A stretch of 64,000 nucleotides of DNA from a bacterium (GCA_030605695.1 JAUWHX010000012.1:31483-95482); one strand, 5' to 3'. Positions 16,932 to 29,239 are shown, numbered from the stretch's first letter. Translations and numbers: made by a program. Notes: generated by a model from the letters alone, not told the origin.

Positions 16932-18068
16932 ATGAGAAAGGTGTATTTGATGACGCCAGGTCCTACGCCTGTGCCTGATAGAGTTAGACGGGTAGAGTCG
17001 CAGGAGATAATTCACCACCGCACGAAAGAGCATTCCGCAATTTTCGGGAGAGTTTCGGAGAATTTGAGACCCCTTTTCAAGACTGAGAATCCGGTTCTTA
17101 CTTTTACATCCAGTGGCACAGGGGCAATGGAAGGTGCGGTTGCCAATATGCTTTCGTCGGGTGATAAGGCGTTGGTTCCAATAGCAGGTAAATTTAGTGA
17201 ACGATGGGCTGAAATATGTAATGCCTATGGAGTTAAGGTAATACCTATAGAAGTAGAATGGGGAAATATAGCTGAGCCTCCGGTGGTTAAAGAATATTTG
17301 GACAAGGACCCTGATATTAAGGCATTGCTTGTCCCGTTGTGCGAGACTTCAACAGGCACGATATTTCCAATACAGGAGTATGGAGAGATAGTGAGAGAGA
17401 AAGCTGGCACTATTTTAGTGGTTGATGCGATTTCGGGACTTGGGGCTTGTGATATTCGGAACGATGAGTGGGGAGTGGATATTTGTGTATCCGGGTCGCA
17501 AAAAGGGTTGATGTTACCCCCGGGACTTGCGTTTGCAAGTGTATCAAATAAAGCATGGGAATTTGCCGAGCAATCCAATCTCCCGAAATACTACTTTGAC
17601 TGGAAAAAAGCTCGCAAGTCATGGGAGAAGGCAGATACTCCTTATACTCCAGCCGTTTCTTTGATTTTAGCACTTGATGAATCGCTTAAGATGTTAAACG
17701 AGGAAGGAATTGATAAAGTATTGGCAAGACACTCTATGCTTGCAAATGCAACGAGAACAGCGGCTGGTGCATTAGAGTTAGAGCTGCTCTCAAAGTATCC
17801 TGCGAATTCGGTAACTGCAATTAAAGTTCCTGAAGGAATAGATGGAATAGAATTAAAGAATACACTTGACAAGAAGTATGGAGTAAAGGTAGCGGGTGGA
17901 CAGGCGCATTTAAAAGGTAAGATATTCAGGATAGCACATCTCGGGTATATGGATAAATTTGATGTTCTAACGGCAATTTCGGCAGTCGAATTAACGCTTA
18001 AGAATTTAGGGTATCCTGTGGAACTGGGAAATGGAGTACGAGCGATGGAAGAAATGTTTTTGAAATAA
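16932..18068 (+). CDS. class V aminotransferase (serine-pyruvate / phosphoserine aminotransferase type)
   Basis: Start at MRKVYLMTPGPTPVP, with AGGAGGG 6 nt upstream. PLP-lysine motif VSGSQKGLMLPPGL. Confidence 0.85.
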   Translation: MRKVYLMTPGPTPVPDRVRRVESQEIIHHRTKEHSAIFGRVSENLRPLFKTENPVLTFTSSGTGAMEGAVANMLSSGDKALVPIAGKFSERWAEICNAYGVKVIPIEVEWGNIAEPPVVKEYLDKDPDIKALLVPLCETSTGTIFPIQEYGEIVREKAGTILVVDAISGLGACDIRNDEWGVDICVSGSQKGLMLPPGLAFASVSNKAWEFAEQSNLPKYYFDWKKARKSWEKADTPYTPAVSLILALDESLKMLNEEGIDKVLARHSMLANATRTAAGALELELLSKYPANSVTAIKVPEGIDGIELKNTLDKKYGVKVAGGQAHLKGKIFRIAHLGYMDKFDVLTAISAVELTLKNLGYPVELGNGVRAMEEMFLK

Positions 18069-18128
18069 TAGATTTTTCGCTATTGTTAAGAATAACAGAA
18101 AAGAAATGAGTTTTAAAAGGAGGAGGAA

Positions 18129-19025
18129 ATGAGAGTATTGGTAGCGGACCCACTTGCCCCTCAGGCAATTCAGGGATTAAAAGAGGCAGGGCTTGAAGTA
18201 GAAGACTTATCAGCATTGCCAAAAGAAGAACTTCTAAATAAGGTAAACGACTTTGATATTATGACTGTGAGGAGTGCTACAAAGGTGAGAAGCGATATGA
18301 TAGACAAGATGCAAAATATGAAACTCATTGTTCGAGGTGGAGTAGGACTTGATAATGTAGATGTGGAATATGCAAAATCCAAGGGTATAGAAGTAAAGAA
18401 TACACCTGCGGCATCAAGTGCGAGTGTGGCAGAACTTGTGCTTGCACATATGTTTGCTTTGTCAAGACATATTGTGAGAGGGACCAAGGGACTAAGTGAA
18501 GGACAGTGGGAAAAGAAGAAGTTAAAGGGTATAGAGCTTGCTGGCAAGACACTTGGAGTAATAGGACTTGGAAGAATTGGACGAGAGCTCATTAATCGCT
18601 CTCGCGCTTTAGGGATGAAGGTAATAGGGTATGACCCTTATGTAAAAGATGTAGAAGGTGTGGAGCTTGTAGAACTTGATAAATTGCTTAGGGAAGCTGA
18701 TTATATATCTGTGCATACTCCTCTCACCGACGAGACAAGGCATTTTATTGGAGATAGTGAGTTTGAGAAAATGAAGGAAGGTGTGATTTTGGTAAACTGT
18801 GCACGAGGAGGAGTGGTAGATGAAGAGGCATTGCTAAGAGCATTAAAGAGTGAGAAAATAAGAGGAGCAGGGCTTGATGTGTTTGAAAAGGAACCGCCTC
18901 CTCAAAATGAACTACTAAAACTTCCAAATGTGACATTTACCCCGCATATAGGGGCATCAACTAAGGAAGCACAGGCAAGAGTAGGAGAGGAAGTAGTAAA
19001 TATAATAAAGGAGTTTGCAAAATAA
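18129..19025 (+). CDS. serA: D-3-phosphoglycerate dehydrogenase, short form without ACT domain
   Basis: 298 aa. GKTLGVIGLGRIGRELINRSRALGMKVIGYDP (NAD fold), CARGGVVDEEAL, TPHIGAST. Confidence 0.85.
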   Translation: MRVLVADPLAPQAIQGLKEAGLEVEDLSALPKEELLNKVNDFDIMTVRSATKVRSDMIDKMQNMKLIVRGGVGLDNVDVEYAKSKGIEVKNTPAASSASVAELVLAHMFALSRHIVRGTKGLSEGQWEKKKLKGIELAGKTLGVIGLGRIGRELINRSRALGMKVIGYDPYVKDVEGVELVELDKLLREADYISVHTPLTDETRHFIGDSEFEKMKEGVILVNCARGGVVDEEALLRALKSEKIRGAGLDVFEKEPPPQNELLKLPNVTFTPHIGASTKEAQARVGEEVVNIIKEFAK

Positions 19026-20257
19026 TGGCAGAGATTAAACCGTTTAAGGGATTAAGATACAATCAAGAGAAAGTTAAACTTGAGGATGTGGTGACACAGC
19101 CATACGATAAAATTACCAGAAAGAGGCAAACTGCCTATTACGAGGAAAGTCCATATAACATAGTAAGAATTATTCTTGGGAAGAGCGAGAGTCCTTACAC
19201 TAAAGCGAGCGGTTTTTTTAGAGACTGGCAAGACAAAGAGATGTTAATACAGGATGGAGAGTCAAGCATTTATCCTTATTGGCAGGAGTATAATTTTCTG
19301 GGCGAAGGAAGAATTCGCAAGGGTTTTGTGGCACTTTTGAAGCTTGAGGAATTCTCAAGTGGAGTGGTGATACCACACGAGCGGACATTATCAGGTCCCA
19401 AAAAAGATAGGTTAGATTTGCTCAGGGCTACTCGTGCGAATTTTGGGCAGATATTTATGCTTTATTCTGACCCGGAGCATAAAATCTCAACGCTCATTGA
19501 CGAAAAGATTTCAGGAATGACACCGTTAGCAGATGTTTGTGAGTCTTATGAGCCCGGGGTGCATCATAGATTATGGAGAACATGGAGTGAGGATATAATT
19601 AAGGAAATTCAGGATTTAATGAGGCAAAAGACACTTCTTATTGCTGATGGGCATCATCGGTATGAAACTGCTCTGAACTATCGTAGAGAGAACAAAGATG
19701 CTAATTATAGAATGATAACATTTGTGGGAATGGAAGACCCGGGGCTTGTGATTTTGCCCACACATAGAGCGATTTATGGGGTGGAAACAGGTGATTTTGC
19801 CAATAGAGTTTCGCCGTATTTTGAGCTTGAGGAGTGTAAAAATAAAGATGAACTCCTTGATAAGCTTTCCTGCAAGCATCATCAATTTGGGCTTTATGAT
19901 GGGAGATTTTGGTGGCTTAGATTAAAGGATGAAAATCTAATAGATGGATTTGTAAGCAAGGAGAAAAGTGCTGATTACAAGAAGTTAGATGTTGTGGTAT
20001 TGCATAAAATTATGCTTGAGGGGATATTGAGCATTTCTGAGGAAAGGATTTTAAAAAAGGAATGTATAGACTATATTAGAGATATAGAGAATGGGATTAA
20101 AGGAGTGAATGAGGGCAAATATAAATTATTATTTATCTTGAACCCCACTTCTATAGAAGAGACACAAAAGGTCTCGGCTCATCAGGAATCAATGCCACAG
20201 AAATCAACTGATTTTTATCCCAAGCTTATTACTGGACTTGTAATAAATAAATTATGA
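19025..20257 (+). CDS. DUF1015 family protein
   Basis: 410 aa. IKPFKGLRYN, QPYDKI, PHERTLSGPKKDRLDLLRAT.ANF, LLIADGHHRYETAL, ILPTHR. Its ATG shares 1 nt with the serA stop (TAATG). Confidence 0.75.
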   Translation: MAEIKPFKGLRYNQEKVKLEDVVTQPYDKITRKRQTAYYEESPYNIVRIILGKSESPYTKASGFFRDWQDKEMLIQDGESSIYPYWQEYNFLGEGRIRKGFVALLKLEEFSSGVVIPHERTLSGPKKDRLDLLRATRANFGQIFMLYSDPEHKISTLIDEKISGMTPLADVCESYEPGVHHRLWRTWSEDIIKEIQDLMRQKTLLIADGHHRYETALNYRRENKDANYRMITFVGMEDPGLVILPTHRAIYGVETGDFANRVSPYFELEECKNKDELLDKLSCKHHQFGLYDGRFWWLRLKDENLIDGFVSKEKSADYKKLDVVVLHKIMLEGILSISEERILKKECIDYIRDIENGIKGVNEGKYKLLFILNPTSIEETQKVSAHQESMPQKSTDFYPKLITGLVINKL

Positions 20258-20277
20258 AAATAAAGGAGGTGATTTAA

Positions 20278-20550
20278 ATGAAGAAGGCAGATCTCGTTTC
20301 CAAAGTCGCTTCAGATGCCGGCATTACAAAGAAAGCCGCAGAATGTGCTATTAACGCATTTATGGGTGGTGTAAGTAATGCTCTTTCAAAAGGCGACAAA
20401 GTTACTCTCGTAGGATTTGGCACCTTTTCAGTCAGAAAACGTGCTTCCAGAAAGGCGAGAAACCCAAGAACTGGCAAGCCAATTAATGTTCCGGCAAAGA
20501 AGGTTCCTAAGTTCCAGCCTGGAGCCAAACTGAGAGAAGCTGTTAAGTAA
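20278..20550 (+). CDS. hup: DNA-binding protein HU
   Basis: MKKADLVSKVA...VTLVGFGTFSVRKRASRKARNPRTGKPINVPAKKVPKFQPGAKLREAV. Confidence 0.95.
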   Translation: MKKADLVSKVASDAGITKKAAECAINAFMGGVSNALSKGDKVTLVGFGTFSVRKRASRKARNPRTGKPINVPAKKVPKFQPGAKLREAVK

Positions 20551-20557
20551 TAAAATT

Positions 20558-20644
20558 GAGGGAGACACACTCTACAAAACTCAAAATGCATCCCGAAGTT
20601 TCGGGATTAGATTTGATTTTTGAGCTTTTATCTGTGTCTCCCTT
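20558..20644 (+). terminator. nested stem-loop downstream of hup (terminator or small structured RNA)
   Basis: Outer perfect 10-bp inverted repeat GGGAGACACA (20560-20569) / TGTGTCTCCC (20633-20642). It encloses the hairpin ATCCCGAA..TTCGGGAT (20590-20607), which is followed by TAGATTTGATTTTT. Confidence 0.4.
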
Positions 20645-20657
20645 AATTTAATACCAG

Positions 20658-21266
20658 ATGACAAAACTTAGAATACAGAAGTCAGACCCCGTCCAGTTAG
20701 GTGCTACGAACCTACAAAGGGGCGCCGATAGGCAACACAGAATACAGAGTCCGGGGAACAGAAATTCCCTATATATTGTCTTCTGTTTCCTATTTTCTGT
20801 CTTCTGTCTTGTATCCTCTTGTTCAAGCAATAAAGAGCAAATTCTCTTTATAACAGGTACTTATCCTGCAAAACCGGGGTGGGCAAAGAAATCTGTTGCC
20901 GAAGGAGAGAACTTTATGTATTTCACAGGTGTAAGCAACTATAAAAGAACTGAAAAAGAGGCAAGAAATGAGGCTATTGATGAGGCAGTCAAAACCTTTT
21001 TAATATATGCTGGGGTCAAAGAAGGAGAGAATCTTGAGGCATTCAGAAAAGAGTTTACTTCCCAAATAATTACTTTAAGAGGAAAAGAACCTGCCCTGTA
21101 TAATATCACAATTGATGATTTTTACTGGGAAAAGTATGCTCTGAAGAAAAGAAAATTTCGGCTCTACAAAGGTTATATCCTGCTTAAATGGCCTACTCCA
21201 AGGTGGACAGAATTTCGCAGATATGTTAGACAAAGTTCCAGACAGAGGTTTGCTCCGAAACGCTAA
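20658..21266 (+). CDS. hypothetical lipoprotein (start uncertain)
   Basis: FCFLFSVFCLVSSCSS looks like a lipoprotein signal, but it begins about 40 codons after the only in-frame ATG. Those 40 codons lie in repeat-type DNA. Confidence 0.45.
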   Translation: MTKLRIQKSDPVQLGATNLQRGADRQHRIQSPGNRNSLYIVFCFLFSVFCLVSSCSSNKEQILFITGTYPAKPGWAKKSVAEGENFMYFTGVSNYKRTEKEARNEAIDEAVKTFLIYAGVKEGENLEAFRKEFTSQIITLRGKEPALYNITIDDFYWEKYALKKRKFRLYKGYILLKWPTPRWTEFRRYVRQSSRQRFAPKR

Positions 21267-22591
21267 GATTGTATAAAGCCCGTATGGAGTTCTCCTCTCC
21301 TGAATCTCTCATCCTTAATTATGCTTCGATGAAATGGAATAGTAGTATGTATGCCATCTACTAAAAATTCAGATAATGCTCGCTCAATTATTGCTATACA
21401 TTGCGCCCTTGTCTCCCCCTGCGCAATTAGTTTAGCTATTAAAGAATCATAATTGGGTGGAATCTTGTACTCCCCATATATGTGTGTGTCAACCCTTACC
21501 CCCAGACCTCCGGGAATATAGAGTGATTCAATCTTCCCAGGTGAAGGAGCAAAATCGTTGTTTGGGTCTTCAGCATTGATTCTACACTCTATCGCATGAC
21601 CCTTAATATGAATATCCTTTTGCTTAAATTTAAGCTTTTCACCTCCTGCAATTCGCAATTGTTCTTTTATTATATCTATTCCTGTTACCATTTCGGTAAC
21701 AGGGTGCTCAACCTGAACCCTTGCATTTATCTCAAGAAAATAAAAATTGTTATCCTGGAGTAAGAATTCAACTGTTCCAGCTGAGCAATATCCAATTGAG
21801 CGCATTACAGTTACAGCATATTCTCCTATTTTCTCCCGTTGTTCTGCTGTGATGCCAGGAGATGGAGCTTCTTCTATAAGTTTTTGGTGCCTACGCTGAA
21901 TAGAACATTCACGCTCACCCAGCCATACAATATTATTATATTCATCTGCGAGTATCTGAACCTCAATATGTCTTGGTTTCTCAAGATACTTCTCAATATA
22001 TACTTTCCCTTCCCCAAAAGCTCCTTTTGCCTCCTGCCTTGCAACTGTAATTGCTTTCTCTAATTCTTCCGGATTATTCACAATTCGCATTCCTCGTCCA
22101 CCTCCACCGAGCACCGCTTTTATTATCATAGGATATCCGGTCTCTTCTCCTATTCTCTTTGCTTCATCCAACGAATCAATTGATGCATTGCTTCCTGGAA
22201 TTACAGGAATCCCTGCCTTTTTGGCTGACTCACGGGCATTCGTTTTATCTCCAACTGCAAGGATTGCCTCTGGTGAAGGACCTATAAATTTAAACCCATT
22301 CTCCTCGCAAATCTCCGCAAACTTCGGGTTTTCGGCTAAAAAGCCATACCCGGGATGCACTCCTTCCACTCCAGTTACTTCACAAGCACTCATAATACGA
22401 GGGATAGAAAGATAAGATTCTTTGGGTGCAGGAGGTCCAATACAAACTGCCTCATCAGCAAATTTTGTATGCAGAGAATTTGAATCCGCCTCAGAGTAGA
22501 TGGCTACTGTTTCAATGCCTAACTCCTTGCAAGCCCTTATTATTCGAATCGCTATCTCTCCACGATTCGCTATTAAGATTTTCTTTAACAT
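21263..22591 (-). CDS. accC: acetyl-CoA carboxylase biotin carboxylase subunit
   Basis: 442 aa. MLKKILIANRGEIAIRIIRACKELGI, ATP-grasp GGGGRGMRIV, EINARVQVEHPVTE. Confidence 0.95.
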   Translation of the reverse strand: MLKKILIANRGEIAIRIIRACKELGIETVAIYSEADSNSLHTKFADEAVCIGPPAPKESYLSIPRIMSACEVTGVEGVHPGYGFLAENPKFAEICEENGFKFIGPSPEAILAVGDKTNARESAKKAGIPVIPGSNASIDSLDEAKRIGEETGYPMIIKAVLGGGGRGMRIVNNPEELEKAITVARQEAKGAFGEGKVYIEKYLEKPRHIEVQILADEYNNIVWLGERECSIQRRHQKLIEEAPSPGITAEQREKIGEYAVTVMRSIGYCSAGTVEFLLQDNNFYFLEINARVQVEHPVTEMVTGIDIIKEQLRIAGGEKLKFKQKDIHIKGHAIECRINAEDPNNDFAPSPGKIESLYIPGGLGVRVDTHIYGEYKIPPNYDSLIAKLIAQGETRAQCIAIIERALSEFLVDGIHTTIPFHRSIIKDERFRRGELHTGFIQS

Positions 22592-22674
22592 ATTAGAGAA
22601 TTACAAGATAGAAAATTCAAAGATTACAGATTTATCGTCAATCTTTTAATCTTTAATCTTCTAATCTTTGAATT
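22592..22674. repeat. word repeats with inverted symmetry (accB-accC spacer)
   Basis: GAGAATTACAAGATAGAAAATTCAAAGATTACAGATT followed by AATCTTTTAATCTTTAATCTTCTAATCTTTGAATTTT. Confidence 0.75.
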
Positions 22675-23121
22675 TTACTCCGGCTCCACCAAGAAAAGAG
22701 ATTGCCCGTATTCTACTGCTTCTTCGTTTTTTACAAGAATTTCAACTATTGTTCCGGATACATCAGATTCTATCTCATTCATTACCTTCATTGCCTCAAT
22801 TATGCAAACAGCTTTACCAACAGTAACTTTATCTCCAACCTCTACATATGGAGGAGCTTCGGGTGAAGAGGAATTATAAAAAGTGCCTACCATTGGAGCT
22901 TTTATGCTTACACCTTCATCTTCAGGAGCATCCTCAGCTTCCTGCTTTTTCTCAATAACTATTTCTTTTTGACCTCGGGGAGGATCTTTTGTTGTAGGAA
23001 CAACCTTTGTAGTTGCCTTTTTTGACACACGCACACTGCGGAAGAACCCTTTTATCTCAAGCTCTTCAATATCGCTTTCTTCAAGGACTTTTATGATTTC
23101 TTGGAGTCTTTTTAGTCTCAT
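22675..23121 (-). CDS. accB: biotin carboxyl carrier protein
   Basis: Start at [16 protein letters not shown]. Biotinylation motif [12 protein letters not shown]. Confidence 0.9.
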   Translation of the reverse strand: MRLKRLQEIIKVLEESDIEELEIKGFFRSVRVSKKATTKVVPTTKDPPRGQKEIVIEKKQEAEDAPEDEGVSIKAPMVGTFYNSSSPEAPPYVEVGDKVTVGKAVCIIEAMKVMNEIESDVSGTIVEILVKNEEAVEYGQSLFLVEPE

Positions 23122-23162
23122 AAAATAGAACCCGCCACGATTCACTAATTACGATTCACGAT

Positions 23163-23465
23163 TTAAAATCCTATTTCTTTTGGTGGTTCCTGCTCAATTT
23201 TTATATCACCAAATTTCTTTTCGTATTTCTCAATGTTCTCTTTAAGGGTTCGCATAAGTAATTTTGCATGCTGGGGAGCTAAGATGATTCTGGAATAGAC
23301 CTTTGCTTTTTTGAGCCCGGGCATTATGCGAGTGAAGTCAACTACAAACTCACTCGGTGAATGTGAGACAATAGCAAAATTGGAGTAAATTCCCTGTCCC
23401 GCCTCATCAGGGAGTTCTATATTTATCCGCTGTCCCTTGCCTTCCATTTTTTCTTTTCCATTCAT
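23163..23465 (-). CDS. DUF3467 family protein
   Basis: INIELPDEAGQGIYSNFAIVSHSPSEFVVDFTRIMPG. Start taken at MNGKEK, with AAGGAGG upstream. Confidence 0.7.
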   Translation of the reverse strand: MNGKEKMEGKGQRINIELPDEAGQGIYSNFAIVSHSPSEFVVDFTRIMPGLKKAKVYSRIILAPQHAKLLMRTLKENIEKYEKKFGDIKIEQEPPKEIGF

Positions 23466-23482
23466 ATTTTCCTCCTTCACCT

Positions 23483-23510
23483 GATATAATACAGAATATC
23501 CTATTGTCAA
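23483..23510 (-). promoter_or_regulatory. sigma70-like promoter of the DUF3467-accB-accC operon
   Basis: Reverse strand: TTGACA (rc 23505-23510), 16 nt, TATATC (rc 23483-23488). Confidence 0.45.
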
Positions 23511-23615
23511 GAAAAGAAATTTCTAACATCAGAGGATGTAGAAATTCGCAAGTTAGAAGACGAAATCACATCCCTTTTTCCTTGACTTAAGAATTAAGCA
23601 CCTTAAAATCACATT

Positions 23616-23825
23616 GTGCAGGTAAAATGGTATTCAGGCTATAAAGGAGAAGAAAAACCGTCCACAATTACCATAAATGGCGAGGAACAGCAGATAAAAA
23701 AAGTTATTAGTGAAAAACTCATAGAAGATTCTTTAACCCGCAAAAGAAAAAGACTTTTTGTGGTTCAGGCAGAGAAAGGGGTCTATAAACTTATATATGA
23801 TGGAAATAATTGGAGGTTATTATGA
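23616..23825 (+). CDS. hypothetical small protein
   Basis: 69 aa, GTG start. Its stop overlaps the next gene's ATG as ATGA (23822-23825). TTGACT-16-TAAAAT promoter at 23582-23609. Confidence 0.35.
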   Translation: MQVKWYSGYKGEEKPSTITINGEEQQIKKVISEKLIEDSLTRKRKRLFVVQAEKGVYKLIYDGNNWRLL

Positions 23826-24964
23826 TTCGAGAAAAGAGATTGGTGGATGAATTTCTTGAGTTCGTAAAAGTCGGGAGTGAGTCTTTAAGGGAAGGAGAAT
23901 TTTGCAATATCGTTACAGAAAGACTCCGTGGGCTTGGAGCTCAAGTCCTTTTAGACAAAACAGGAGAGAAAATCGGCTCTGACGGCTCAAATATTATTGC
24001 AAAAATAGATGGCGACAATAATCTTCCTGCCATCTTACTTAATGCTCATCTTGATACTGTAACTCCTGGAACCAATATAAAACCAATACTTGAGGATGGA
24101 GTCATAAAAAGTGATGGGACAACGATTCTTGGAGCAGATGACAAGTCTGGAATTGTAATTATACTTGAGGCATTGAGAGTCTTAATTGCTGAGAAAACAT
24201 CTCATCCTCCAATTGAAATAGTTTTTACTCTTTCTGAAGAGATAGGGCTTCTTGGGGCAAAGAATTTAGATTATTCTCTTTTACAGGCAAAATATGGTTA
24301 TTCTCTGGATAGCCACTATGTAGATAAAGTTACAACAGGTGCCCCTTCGCATAACAAGATTTATATAAAAATTTATGGAGTAGAATCTCATGCCGGAGCA
24401 TCACCAGAGCAAGGAATATCTGCAATTGAGCTTGCAGGAAAAGCAATATCCCGCCTAAAGCTTGGGAGGATAGACGAGGAAACGACCTCAAACATTGGCA
24501 AAATTAAAGGTGGAACAGCCACAAATATCGTAGCTGGTTATGCCGAGCTTGAAGGAGAAGCGAGAAGTCATAAAGAGGAAAAACTTGAGCAAGAAACTAA
24601 TCGCATTATCAATGCCTTTAAAGATGTAGCACAAGAAAGCGAGAAAACAGTTGACGGGAAATTACTCGTTGCAACTATAAAAGAAAAGGTAAGCCGCGAA
24701 TATAATAGGTTTAATCTCCCTGTTGAATCTCCTGTGGTTCAGAGAGCAATTGAAGCAGGCAAGCGAATAGGACTTGACATCCAGACAGAAAAGGGAGGCG
24801 GAGGCTCAGATGCAAATATATTCAATGAGAAAGGGATTCCTACCTGTGTGATTGGAACGGGAATGCAAAAAGTGCATACAAAAGAGGAATTCATTAAAAC
24901 ACAGGACTTAGTATTAGGAGCAAAACTTCTCTTGGAAATCTTAAGTTTTGGTAAAAAAGCTTGA
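23822..24964 (+). CDS. M20-family metallopeptidase (peptidase T / tripeptidase-like)
   Basis: NAHLDTV, LGADDKSG, LSEEIGLLGA, GGGSDAN. GGAGG lies 5 nt upstream of ATG 23822. Confidence 0.85.
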   Translation: MIREKRLVDEFLEFVKVGSESLREGEFCNIVTERLRGLGAQVLLDKTGEKIGSDGSNIIAKIDGDNNLPAILLNAHLDTVTPGTNIKPILEDGVIKSDGTTILGADDKSGIVIILEALRVLIAEKTSHPPIEIVFTLSEEIGLLGAKNLDYSLLQAKYGYSLDSHYVDKVTTGAPSHNKIYIKIYGVESHAGASPEQGISAIELAGKAISRLKLGRIDEETTSNIGKIKGGTATNIVAGYAELEGEARSHKEEKLEQETNRIINAFKDVAQESEKTVDGKLLVATIKEKVSREYNRFNLPVESPVVQRAIEAGKRIGLDIQTEKGGGGSDANIFNEKGIPTCVIGTGMQKVHTKEEFIKTQDLVLGAKLLLEILSFGKKA

Positions 24965-24988
24965 CATCAAAAATAAAAGCATTAATAT
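24961..24988 (+). promoter_or_regulatory. sigma70-like promoter of rpmF
   Basis: TTGACA (24961-24966), 16 nt, TAATAT (24983-24988). Confidence 0.45.
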
Positions 24989-25016
24989 CAAAGTCTAAGC
25001 AAGATTAATACATAAA

Positions 25017-25205
25017 ATGGCAGTTCAAAAACGAAGACAGTCAAAAACACGAGGAAGAAAACGTAGAACCCACTGGAAAGCAACAATGCCAAATCTTATT
25101 CCCTGCCCTAACTGTAAAACTCTGATATTACCTCATACCAGATGCTACAATTGCGGTCAATATAAAGGCAAAGAAGTCATTATCCCCCGTATGTCCACGA
25201 AATAA
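25017..25205 (+). CDS. rpmF: 50S ribosomal protein L32 (zinc-ribbon form)
   Basis: MAVQKRRQSKTRGRKRRTHWK...CPNCKTLILPHTRCYNCGQYKG. Confidence 0.9.
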   Translation: MAVQKRRQSKTRGRKRRTHWKATMPNLIPCPNCKTLILPHTRCYNCGQYKGKEVIIPRMSTK

Positions 25206-25255
25206 TCTTATCTATTAGCCACAAAACTTCACAGAAAAAAAGCAGGAAGGAATTT

Positions 25256-26704
25256 CTATTTTACTATGATTAATTTATGCACTTTGTTTGTATCAGTCTT
25301 TAAAAAATATACTCCTGGTTTTACATCTCCTTTATAACTAATTGAATGCATTCCCTTTTCCTTGTATCCAGTCATAATTTCCTTAACTAATCTTCCTGAT
25401 ACATCATATAATTTTAATGAGACCTCACCAGATTTCGGTATCATAAAATCAACATTAAATCCCCCATAAGATGGATTTGGATAAACTCTTAATTTTGAGA
25501 TTTGGGTCTTAGCTTTTGACTTTTCTTCAACTCCGAACAATCTCCAATTCATAAGTTTTGCATATATATCCCAATTCCCATTTCTGTTGTCCATCCACAC
25601 AAATCCACATACACTATCATTTATTACCACAGATTGCCGTCCACATATATGAGAACAAGTATCTTCATTATTAATTCTCGCTGCTTCACCATAGGGCAAG
25701 CTATCATTGTAATACTTTTGTGCAAACACATTTGATTTTCCATACCTCTTATCGTTCCACACAACAATAAACTTTCCTGAATCATCCATCGCAACACATG
25801 CTGAGCTGATACCTGAATCAACCAGAAATGCTGCACACTGTGGAGTTCCAGAATCACTGAATGAACGAGCGAATTCCCCTCGTAGAGCATGCCATACAAC
25901 TATAAATTCTCCTGAATTATCCGTAGCTACTAAAGGACAAGCGAAACTCTCTTCTTGAAACTCTGATGCTACCCCAATTCTCCCTATTTGGGTTCCTAAG
26001 GAATCAAATCTTTCCCCCTCTATATCCATCCCGTACGTAGTAGAACTCCAATACCAGATAGAACGCCAAATAACTACAAAGTTGGGATAACTACCCCAAC
26101 TAACTGAGGAATGGGATATGTCCATACCGCAGGATCCTATAATAAAATTTGCTCCTTCTGGTATACCTGATTTATTATACATTTGCCCTTTTATTCCATT
26201 CCCGCTAATCGTTTCACTAGACCATGTAATCACAAACCTTCCGTTCTTATATATTCCAATAGAAGGACTCGAATACCAAAGCGATGATGATGTATCATTC
26301 ACTCTAAAATTGCTGTCTAATGAGGTTCCCAAATTATTATATCGTTGTGCGTAAATGTTAGTTGTATCATTGCGAGAGTCTGCCCAACTTACTACAAACC
26401 CAGAATCATTCATTGCTACTGAAGGAGAGCCCTGTGATGCACTGCCTGTATCGTCATTAACCTTAAAATTTATTCCCTGAGGATTACCCAGAGAGTCATA
26501 CATTTGGCAATATATGTCTCCAGTATCTTCACGCTCATCCATCCATACTATTACAAAATTACCTAATCCATTCATTGCCATTGCAGGGGCTCTTTGTGCG
26601 GCAGTGCCTGTATCAGCATTTACCCGAAAATCACCTTTTACTGTCCCAGCAACTAATGTAACAACAAATAAAATGCACATTGCGAGTAATCTTATTTTAA
26701 ACAT
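25256..26704 (-). CDS. secreted repeat protein with T9SS C-terminal sorting domain
   Basis: Signal peptide. Repeats of about 55 aa (F.VN.dT...Q..P.vAM...G.FVVvW.D.R....diY.Q.y). C-terminus VYPNPSYGGFNVDF...VSLKLYDVSGRLV...GVYFLK...HKLIIVK. Confidence 0.7.
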   Translation of the reverse strand: MFKIRLLAMCILFVVTLVAGTVKGDFRVNADTGTAAQRAPAMAMNGLGNFVIVWMDEREDTGDIYCQMYDSLGNPQGINFKVNDDTGSASQGSPSVAMNDSGFVVSWADSRNDTTNIYAQRYNNLGTSLDSNFRVNDTSSSLWYSSPSIGIYKNGRFVITWSSETISGNGIKGQMYNKSGIPEGANFIIGSCGMDISHSSVSWGSYPNFVVIWRSIWYWSSTTYGMDIEGERFDSLGTQIGRIGVASEFQEESFACPLVATDNSGEFIVVWHALRGEFARSFSDSGTPQCAAFLVDSGISSACVAMDDSGKFIVVWNDKRYGKSNVFAQKYYNDSLPYGEAARINNEDTCSHICGRQSVVINDSVCGFVWMDNRNGNWDIYAKLMNWRLFGVEEKSKAKTQISKLRVYPNPSYGGFNVDFMIPKSGEVSLKLYDVSGRLVKEIMTGYKEKGMHSISYKGDVKPGVYFLKTDTNKVHKLIIVK

Positions 26705-26749
26705 ACGTTTTTATATTAACTGTCTCCATTTACCTAAATTGTCAAGTAG

Positions 26750-26770
26750 AAAACCGGGGGTTCATCCCCC
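26750..26770 (-). terminator. rho-independent terminator candidate for ligA
   Basis: Reverse strand GGGGG-ATGAA-CCCCC followed by GGTTTTC. It lies 33 nt downstream of the ligA stop. Confidence 0.45.
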
Positions 26771-26802
26771 ATCAATTATCCATAAGGCAGTGAAGTTCTG
26801 TG

Positions 26803-29201
<2,399 letters not shown>

Positions 29202-29211
29202 ATCTTTATTT

Positions 29212-29239
29212 AATATACTTCTGATTTCTGAAATGTCAA
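29212..29239 (-). promoter_or_regulatory. sigma70-like promoter of ssrA
   Basis: Reverse strand: TTGACA (rc 29234-29239), 16 nt, TATATT (rc 29212-29217). The predicted start is a few nt upstream of the mature 5' end at 29201. Confidence 0.5.
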
